Source: an archaeon (GTDB lineage Archaea; Iainarchaeota; Iainarchaeia; Iainarchaeales; JANQMZ01). From it: 32,000 nucleotides of DNA. The notes under the pieces are model-generated. The model saw only the letters and a list, made by a program, of their open reading frames with translations, made no database searches and was not told where the DNA came from. Location: NCBI GenBank assembly GCA_028279805.1, contig JANQMZ010000007.1, forward strand, positions 1-32,000, written 5' to 3'. Of this stretch, positions 26,773 to 32,000 are shown piece by piece (position 1 is the stretch's first letter; every line of letters starts with the position of its first letter). The position numbers and the translations under genes were made by a program.

Positions 26773-26943
26773 GGGGACATGGGGTAACCAGGCAGCCCAG
26801 TAGGCTCCAGAAAGCTTTAATGCATGTTTTTGGAGTGCTGAGTTCCACTGGAACAATGAAGAATAGTAGGTTGAAACAGTTCTTTTAGAACAATGAAAGT
26901 TTGGAGAAACCTGCTAGTCCGGGTTCAAATCCCGGTGTCCCCA
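26773..26943 (+). tRNA. tRNA-Trp(CCA) interrupted by a 98-nt intron at the canonical 37/38 position
   Basis: Hand-folded cloverleaf. Acceptor ggggaca/tgtcccc, D arm gggt-aaccaggca-gccc, anticodon stem gtagg/cctgc (one G-U), loop CU-CCA-GA once the intron is removed, T arm ccggg-ttcaaat-cccgg, discriminator A. No encoded CCA. Confidence 0.85.
26811..26908 (+). ncRNA. tRNA-Trp intron containing C/D-box-like elements
   Basis: Both splice sites fall in 3-nt bulges separated by a 4-bp helix (26805-08 with 26903-06) and flanked by a 7-bp helix (26812-18 with 26896-902). Internally: CTGA 26838-41, hairpin 26842-54, ATGAAGA 26856-62. Confidence 0.7.
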
Positions 26944-26944
26944 T

Positions 26945-27001
26945 GCTCGGTGTTCCGAGCAAGAACATACTGGCTTCGCCAGTATTTGCGCCTTCAGCGC
27001 A
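26945..27001 (+). other. Three consecutive GC-rich hairpins in the tRNA-Trp 3' trailer / downstream 5' leader
   Basis: gctcgg-tgtt-ccgagc (26945-60), atactggc-ttc-gccagtat (26967-85) and tgcgc-cttca-gcgca (26987-27001). Confidence 0.5.
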
Positions 27002-27024
27002 AGCGAAGGTTGTGATGGCTGAAA

Positions 27025-27585
27025 ATGAAAAACTATAATTTGCTTTTGGAGAAAATGCTTTTGGTTAAAGAATTTTTTCAGAAAGATGATGATTTTAAAT
27101 TAAAACAATTGGCCAATGAAACAATTAAGCCGTCTGTCCTTTATAATGACAAAATTCTGGTTAAAATTCCTTTAATTGCTTATTCGTTAAGCAAACTCTT
27201 GTCAAAAGATTATATTGTTTCATCTGATTCCTGGTCTGAAGCTAAAAAATCTTTAATTAATTCAATTGAAAAGTCAGTTGTTTTTTTGAAAAAAAAAGAT
27301 GAGAAAAGTTTTAAAAAATCTTTAAATTCTGTTTCTGATGAATTAAGAAAAGTTGATTTTGAAACAGGTCGTTTTATGCAAAGCGTTTTTGACAAAGCTA
27401 AAATGAAATATGCTTCAACAGCTTATTATTTCGGAATGTCTTTATCACAGGCTGCTTTTTTAACAGGCGCTGATAAAATTCATTTGCAGAATTATATCGG
27501 AAAAACAAGGCAGCATGAAGATGAAATTGATTTTTCGGGAATAAAAAAAAGGCTTTATAATTTAAAGCAGGTGGTAAATGAGTGA
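27025..27585 (+). CDS. Hypothetical helical protein, first gene of a coupled three-gene module
   Basis: 186-aa ORF. The C-terminal segment MSLSQAAFLTGADKIHLQNYIGKT looks helix-turn-helix-like. Its stop overlaps the GTG start of the next gene. Confidence 0.5.
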   Translation: MKNYNLLLEKMLLVKEFFQKDDDFKLKQLANETIKPSVLYNDKILVKIPLIAYSLSKLLSKDYIVSSDSWSEAKKSLINSIEKSVVFLKKKDEKSFKKSLNSVSDELRKVDFETGRFMQSVFDKAKMKYASTAYYFGMSLSQAAFLTGADKIHLQNYIGKTRQHEDEIDFSGIKKRLYNLKQVVNE

Positions 27586-28271
27586 AACAAATAATAATTG
27601 ATTCAAGTTCTTTGATTTCTTTATCTGAAACCTGTTTGTTAAAAATTCTGGAAAGATTGAAAAAAAATTCAAATGTTGATTTTATTATTTCAAAAAGTGT
27701 TTTTGACGAATCTGTTGAAAAGCCCATGCATATTAAAAGATTTGAGTTAAATGCTGTTAGAATAAAAAATGCAATTGGCAACGGCTGGATTTCCGTGCAC
27801 CAGCCTGATAAAATTTGCACTGAACACTCTTTAGAGCTTGAAAGAATAGCTAATTCTGTGTTTAATCATGCCGGAAAAAATGTCACAATTTTGCACAGAG
27901 GGGAGTTAGATTCAATAGTTCTTTTAAAGGAGCTTAACTCTAAAATTCTGGTAATAGATGAAAGGATTACAAGAATGCTTTTGGAGGAACCTGAGGAATT
28001 GAGAAAAATGCTTCAAAGAAGACAGCATAGGAAAATTGAAATAAATAATGAAGCTTTAAAAGAACTTCATGATTTTTTGCCTGAACATTTTATTGTGCGT
28101 TCAAGTGAATTGGCAGCATGGGCTTTTGATGAAAAAAATTTAATGGACGGAAATTCAAAACAAACACTTGAAGCTGCTTTGTATGCTTTAAAATACAAGG
28201 GTTGCGCCATATCCAATCTGGAAATAAGAAAATATTTAAGAGGGGTTAAAAGTGGAATTCAAACCAGCTGA
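27582..28271 (+). CDS. PIN-domain-like nuclease with a C-terminal extension
   Basis: QIIIDSSSLISL (N-terminal Asp), GELDSIVLLKEL and ILVIDERI supply the acidic residues in PIN order. GTG start 7 nt after aggtgg. Confidence 0.6.
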   Translation: MKQIIIDSSSLISLSETCLLKILERLKKNSNVDFIISKSVFDESVEKPMHIKRFELNAVRIKNAIGNGWISVHQPDKICTEHSLELERIANSVFNHAGKNVTILHRGELDSIVLLKELNSKILVIDERITRMLLEEPEELRKMLQRRQHRKIEINNEALKELHDFLPEHFIVRSSELAAWAFDEKNLMDGNSKQTLEAALYALKYKGCAISNLEIRKYLRGVKSGIQTS

Positions 28272-28713
28272 AAAAAAGCACACTGCAAAAATTTTATCAT
28301 TGATTGAAAAAGAATTTCCAAACCTGCAGTTTACAGAACAGGATATTAACAACAAAATAGATTCGGAATCATATTTTCTTTTTGTATTGTTAAAAAAAGA
28401 AGAAATTACAGGATTTGTTGAAATTGTTTTAATTGAAGACGGAGTGTCAAGAATTAATGCTTTAATAATTGATTCTGCACATAAAGGACAAAAACTGGGA
28501 AAAGAACTTTTGCAAAAAACAATTGAATTTTTAAAAGAAAAAAAAATGGTAAGAATCAAAATTTTGGTTGACCAGAATAATGAAACCGCAAAAAATCTTT
28601 ACCAGTCAATGGGTTTTGAATTTGTTTCACTTTACCAGCTGGATCAAACCGGTCAAACAGTTGAAGAATTGGAATTAGATCTGGATACTGAAACTCCGAG
28701 TTATGTTGGCTAA
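28252..28713 (+). CDS. GNAT family N-acetyltransferase
   Basis: INALIIDSAHKGQKLGKELLQKTIEFLKEKKMVRIKILVDQNNETAKNLYQSMGFE (acetyl-CoA loop Q-x-x-G-x-G/A-like). GTG start, 20-nt overlap with the PIN gene. Confidence 0.75.
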   Translation: MEFKPAEKKHTAKILSLIEKEFPNLQFTEQDINNKIDSESYFLFVLLKKEEITGFVEIVLIEDGVSRINALIIDSAHKGQKLGKELLQKTIEFLKEKKMVRIKILVDQNNETAKNLYQSMGFEFVSLYQLDQTGQTVEELELDLDTETPSYVG

Positions 28714-30152
28714 TAACTTTTTGCAAAAAAACTTTTTCTTTCAGCTTTACTTTCACAATAACCGCATTTTCCCTGTGATTCTTTCTGGTTAAAAGGAATA
28801 ACCCTGTTTGTCGCACCTGTTTCTTCCTTGATTTTTTTTTCACATTTTTCATCTTCGCAGAAAAAACAATGCACCATTTTTCCGTTTTTAATTGCTTTCT
28901 GGAAATCCGAAGAATTTGCAGCTTCAGCAACATTTTTGTCCAAGAATTTGTGTGCTTTTTTATACAGTTCTTTTTGCATCTGCTCCAATTCCCTGTCAAG
29001 AGTTTTTTCCAGTTCTTTTATTTTAACCTGCTTTTTTTCACCAGTATCACGCCTTACAACCATTACAGCCTCTTTTTCCATGTCTTTCGGCCCTATTTCT
29101 ATTCTAACCGGGATTCCTTTTAACTCCCATTCATTAAATTTCCATCCTGCTGAATATTCTTCCCTGTCGTCCAGCAGGGGATTAAATTTTTTCAGTTTTT
29201 TTTCAAGCTCTTTTGCTTTTTTTACAATTTTTGTCTTTGAATCTTCAAAAATAATGGGAACAATTACAATTTTGTTAAAAGCAATCTTTGGAGGCAGCAC
29301 CAATCCCTTGTCATCTCCGTGCATCATTATAACCGCGCCAATTAATCTTGTGCTGATGCCCCAGCTTGTCTGCCATGCAAATTTTTCCTCACTTTTTTCA
29401 TTTAAAAATTTTATTTCAAACGCTTTTGAAAAATTCTGGCCCAAAAAATGTGATGTTCCTAACTGCAATGCCTTTCCGTCAGGCATTAACGTTTCAACTG
29501 CTGTTGTTGTATCCGCTCCTGCAAATTTTTCAGCATTTGTTTTCATTCCGCTTATTATGGGCAAAGCCAGATAATTTTTCATCAAATCTTCATATTCTTT
29601 TAAAATATTCAAAGTTTCATTCCATGCTTCTTTTTTTGTTTCATGAACAGTGTGTCCTTCCTGCCATAAAAACTCACGTGTTCTCAGAAAAGGTTTTGGG
29701 TGTTTGAATTCCCATCTTACAATGTTGCACCATTGATTCAGTAATAATGGCAAATCTCTGTGTGACCTGATCCATTTTGAAAAACTTTCATACATTATTG
29801 ATTCTGATGTGGGCCTTAATGCCAGTCTTTCATTCAGTTTTGTTTCACCTGTTTGTGTTACCCATGCAACTTCCGGACTAAAACCCTGAATATGTTCTTT
29901 TTCTTTTTCCAATAATTTTTCAGGAATTAACATGGGAAAATAAGCATTTTTGTGCCCTGTTTTTTTTATTTTTTTATCAAAAATTTGTTTTATCTGCTCC
30001 CATACCTGAAAAGCATTAGGCCTTAAAACAATGCATCCTGAAACGCTTGAATGTTCCGCCAATTCGGCTTTTTGTATTATTTGTGAATACCATTCGGAAA
30101 AATCTTTTTCTTTTTTAACAGTCAATCCCTGCATTTCCTCTTTTTTAGCCAT
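28710..30152 (-). CDS. proS: Prolyl-tRNA synthetase, archaeal/eukaryal type
   Basis: FSEWYSQIIQKAELA, LRPTSE, FLWQEGHT, a Cys-rich C-terminal domain and the terminal Tyr (..FFAKSY). Confidence 0.93.
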   Translation of the reverse strand: MAKKEEMQGLTVKKEKDFSEWYSQIIQKAELAEHSSVSGCIVLRPNAFQVWEQIKQIFDKKIKKTGHKNAYFPMLIPEKLLEKEKEHIQGFSPEVAWVTQTGETKLNERLALRPTSESIMYESFSKWIRSHRDLPLLLNQWCNIVRWEFKHPKPFLRTREFLWQEGHTVHETKKEAWNETLNILKEYEDLMKNYLALPIISGMKTNAEKFAGADTTTAVETLMPDGKALQLGTSHFLGQNFSKAFEIKFLNEKSEEKFAWQTSWGISTRLIGAVIMMHGDDKGLVLPPKIAFNKIVIVPIIFEDSKTKIVKKAKELEKKLKKFNPLLDDREEYSAGWKFNEWELKGIPVRIEIGPKDMEKEAVMVVRRDTGEKKQVKIKELEKTLDRELEQMQKELYKKAHKFLDKNVAEAANSSDFQKAIKNGKMVHCFFCEDEKCEKKIKEETGATNRVIPFNQKESQGKCGYCESKAERKSFFAKSY

Positions 30153-30206
30153 ATTATTACCAATACATTCTCTTGCTTTTAATTCATGTGCTATCTTTAG
30201 ACAGCA

Positions 30207-30222
30207 ATTATGGGCCCATAAT
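30207..30222. promoter_or_regulatory. Perfect 16-bp palindrome ATTATGGGCCCATAAT between tRNA-Pro and proS
   Basis: attatggg / cccataat is exactly self-complementary. It lies 14 nt downstream of the tRNA-Pro 3' end and 54 nt upstream of the proS ATG (minus-strand sense). Confidence 0.4.
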
Positions 30223-30236
30223 CGCGGCCAGGCGAG

Positions 30237-30311
30237 TGGGGCTACCGAGATTCGAACTCGGGTCCTAAGCTCCCAAAGCTCAAATGCTAGACCTGACTAC
30301 ACCATAGCCCC
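30237..30311 (-). tRNA. tRNA-Pro(UGG)
   Basis: The reverse complement folds as acceptor ggggcta/tagcccc, anticodon stem tgagc/gctta (one G-U), loop UU-UGG-GA, T arm ccgag-ttcgaat-ctcgg, discriminator A. No intron and no encoded CCA. Confidence 0.88.
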
Positions 30312-30400
30312 ATTCAGTACTAAAATTTGTTTAAATTTCTTTTTAAACTCTCTTTTTTTTGGCAAAAAGTGTTTTTAATAATTCTGACAATTAAAGTATA

Positions 30401-32000
30401 ATGCTTTTCAAACACTTGGCCCAGACGTTTAATTCTGTGGAGAATGCTTCTTCAAGGCTGGAAATGACTTCAATTATTTCCCAAATTTTTGAAAAAGCAT
30501 CTTCTGATGAAATTTCCCAGATTGTTTACTTGTTTCAGGGCAATCTCGGACCTGCTTTTCAGGAATTGGATTTTGGCTTGGGTGAAAAACTTGTAATTCA
30601 GTCTTTGTCAAAAATTTCAGGTTTTAGCGAAAAAGACATTAACACAGAATATTCAAAAAAAGGTGATTTGGGTTTGGTTACAGAAGAACTTGTTTCCAAA
30701 AAAAAGCAAAAATCTTTGTTTGTTGAAAATTTAACCGTTGAAAAAGTTTTTTCAAATTTTTTAAAACTTGCAAAAGTTTCAGGAACCGGTTCACAGGAAT
30801 TGAAAAAAAAACTGTTAGCTGAATTAATCAATTCAGCGCAAAAACTTGAAGCCCGTTATATTGTGAGAATGCCTCTGCAAACTTTGCGTCTGGGAATTGG
30901 TGATCCGACTTTGATGGACGCATTATCTTTAAATTATTTAAAACAATTCCGTTTAAAAGAAAAAACGCTTGAAGAAAATTTTAAAAAAAAGTTTAAAAAA
31001 GAGGAAGATATTTCAAGACAAATGCGCATGAAACTCAGGGAAAAAATTGAAACTGTTTACAACGTTCATCCTGACCTGGGTTTTATTGCATCTGAATTAA
31101 AACAGCATGGCCTTAAAGCTTTGCAAAAAATTTCAATTACTCCCGGAATTCCAATCCGCCCTACACTTGCTGAGCGTTTGACTACTCCGAAAGAAATTGT
31201 TGAAAAGATAGGAAAATGTTTTATTGAATGGAAATATGACGGTTTCAGGTTACAGGTTCATGTTGATAACGATGATGTTAAAATTTTTTCAAGAAAACAG
31301 GAAAACATGACTTCAATGTTTCCTGATTTGGTTAAAGCTGTTAAACAACATTTTAAAGCAAAAAAAGCCATTTTTGAAGGGGAAGCTCTGGCTATTGATT
31401 CAACCGGAAAATTTTTGCCTTTTCAGGTTACAATTCAGCGTAAAAGAAAATATGACATTGATGAAATGGTTAAAAAATTGCCGTTAAAATTTTTTGCTTT
31501 TGATATTCTTTTTTTAAACGGAAAAAATTTAATGAATTTAAATTTTAAGGAAAGAAGAAAAATTCTTTCAGATTCAATCAAAAAAAATGAAACTGTTTCT
31601 TTAACAAAAGGAATTGAAACCGATAAACCTGAAGAAATTGAATCCTTTTTTACAGAATCTTTGGAATTAGGATTGGAAGGAATAATTGCAAAAGATTTGA
31701 ATGCAGAATATGTTGTTGGCGCCAGAAAATTTTCATGGATTAAATTAAAAAAATCATATAAAAACGAGTCTTTTGACACTGTTGACCTTGTTATAATCGG
31801 TTTTTTTTCAGGAAAAGGGGCAAGATCCAAATTTGGCTTGGGCGGATTGCTTGTTGCATCCTATAACAAAGAAAATGATTTGTTTGAAAGCATTGCAAAA
31901 ATCGGCACAGGTTTTTCAGAAGAGCAATTAGCCGAATTTTTCAAAAAACTTTCCAAAAAAACACTTGACAAAAAGCATCCCCGCATTTTATCCGAATTAA
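30401..32000 (+). CDS. lig: ATP-dependent DNA ligase (3' end lies outside the window)
   Basis: My own translation from the ATG at 30401 gives MLFKHLAQTFNSVENASSRLEMTSIISQIF...ARYIVRMPLQTLRLGIGD. The adenylation motif I, EWKYDGFRLQVH, is in frame at about 31226-31261. The frame stays open to the window end, which is why the ORF track omits it. Confidence 0.9.
   Translation, partial: MLFKHLAQTFNSVENASSRLEMTSIISQIFEKASSDEISQIVYLFQGNLGPAFQELDFGLGEKLVIQSLSKISGFSEKDINTEYSKKGDLGLVTEELVSKKKQKSLFVENLTVEKVFSNFLKLAKVSGTGSQELKKKLLAELINSAQKLEARYIVRMPLQTLRLGIGDPTLMDALSLNYLKQFRLKEKTLEENFKKKFKKEEDISRQMRMKLREKIETVYNVHPDLGFIASELKQHGLKALQKISITPGIPIRPTLAERLTTPKEIVEKIGKCFIEWKYDGFRLQVHVDNDDVKIFSRKQENMTSMFPDLVKAVKQHFKAKKAIFEGEALAIDSTGKFLPFQVTIQRKRKYDIDEMVKKLPLKFFAFDILFLNGKNLMNLNFKERRKILSDSIKKNETVSLTKGIETDKPEEIESFFTESLELGLEGIIAKDLNAEYVVGARKFSWIKLKKSYKNESFDTVDLVIIGFFSGKGARSKFGLGGLLVASYNKENDLFESIAKIGTGFSEEQLAEFFKKLSKKTLDKKHPRILSEL

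Noticed and set aside
26863-26878. Assigning the second intron guide to position 39, as for Um39 in Haloferax
   Set aside because: The complementarity to A38-A45 is real, but no consensus CUGA follows it. With TTGA as the D box the +5 rule would point to position 43, not 39, so I make no target claim.
26986-27002. Third hairpin read as a tRNA anticodon arm (ttgcg-ccttcag-cgcaa, anticodon UUC)
   Set aside because: No acceptor, D or T arms can be built around it, and position 33 would be C instead of the near-universal U.
26944-28713. Integrated mobile element at the tRNA-Trp 3' end
   Set aside because: tRNA-adjacent accessory-looking genes suggested an island. However, there is no integrase or transposase, and I found no direct repeat of the tRNA 3' end downstream.
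28556-29707. Plus- and minus-strand ORFs (28828-29574, 28869-29123, 29366-29707, 28556-28999) overlapping proS
   Set aside because: These are Phe/Ser/Lys-rich shadows of the AT-rich ProRS gene, which has unambiguous class II synthetase motifs.
30031-30378. 115-aa plus-strand ORF
   Set aside because: It runs antisense through the proS 5' end and straight across the tRNA-Pro gene, so it is an artefact.
30598-31830. Minus-strand ORFs 30598-30831 and 31435-31830
   Set aside because: Both are antisense to the open DNA ligase reading frame, which contains the KYDG adenylation motif.
1-32000. CRISPR arrays, long direct repeats or IS elements
   Set aside because: Apart from the 99-bp in-frame repeats and abundant A/T homopolymer runs typical of the composition, I saw no regularly spaced repeats or terminal inverted repeats.

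Overview
This is an AT-rich, gene-dense window, and nearly every marker points to an archaeon. The markers are a LysW-carrier amino-acid biosynthesis cluster, an archaeal-type riboflavin synthase, an Ogg2-type glycosylase, an archaeal/eukaryal-type ProRS, an ATP-dependent DNA ligase, a ZPR1 finger protein, a DRG GTPase, box C/D RNAs and an intron-bearing tRNA-Trp with a bulge-helix-bulge splice motif. Several bacterial-looking genes are mixed in: class I GAPDH, an RNase HIII-like enzyme, a DUF3179 protein, and a YbgC-type thioesterase. Together with Shine-Dalgarno-like GGTG motifs and the small, tightly packed genes, this suggests a streamlined, DPANN-like lineage; that placement is inference only. 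Main coding content: a cupredoxin 3' end, pyrD, sod, ogg, lysKJZYXW on the minus strand, a split metE plus an MTHFR-like gene, ribC-ribH-ribB, gap, agmatinase, tatD, proS and a partial DNA ligase. Four RNA or small features are missing from the ORF track. (1) A 53-aa LysW carrier protein. (2) A stand-alone box C/D sRNA with perfect boxes. (3) tRNA-Trp(CCA) with a 98-nt intron that carries a C/D-like guide aimed at C34. (4) tRNA-Pro(UGG) directly upstream of proS. The most unusual protein-coding items are a 33-aa tandem-repeat (mTERF-like) protein translationally coupled to agmatinase, a translationally coupled unknown-PIN-GNAT three-gene module next to tRNA-Trp, and a DRG-like GTPase with altered G motifs. 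I found no CRISPR array, integrase, transposase or recognisable defence system.
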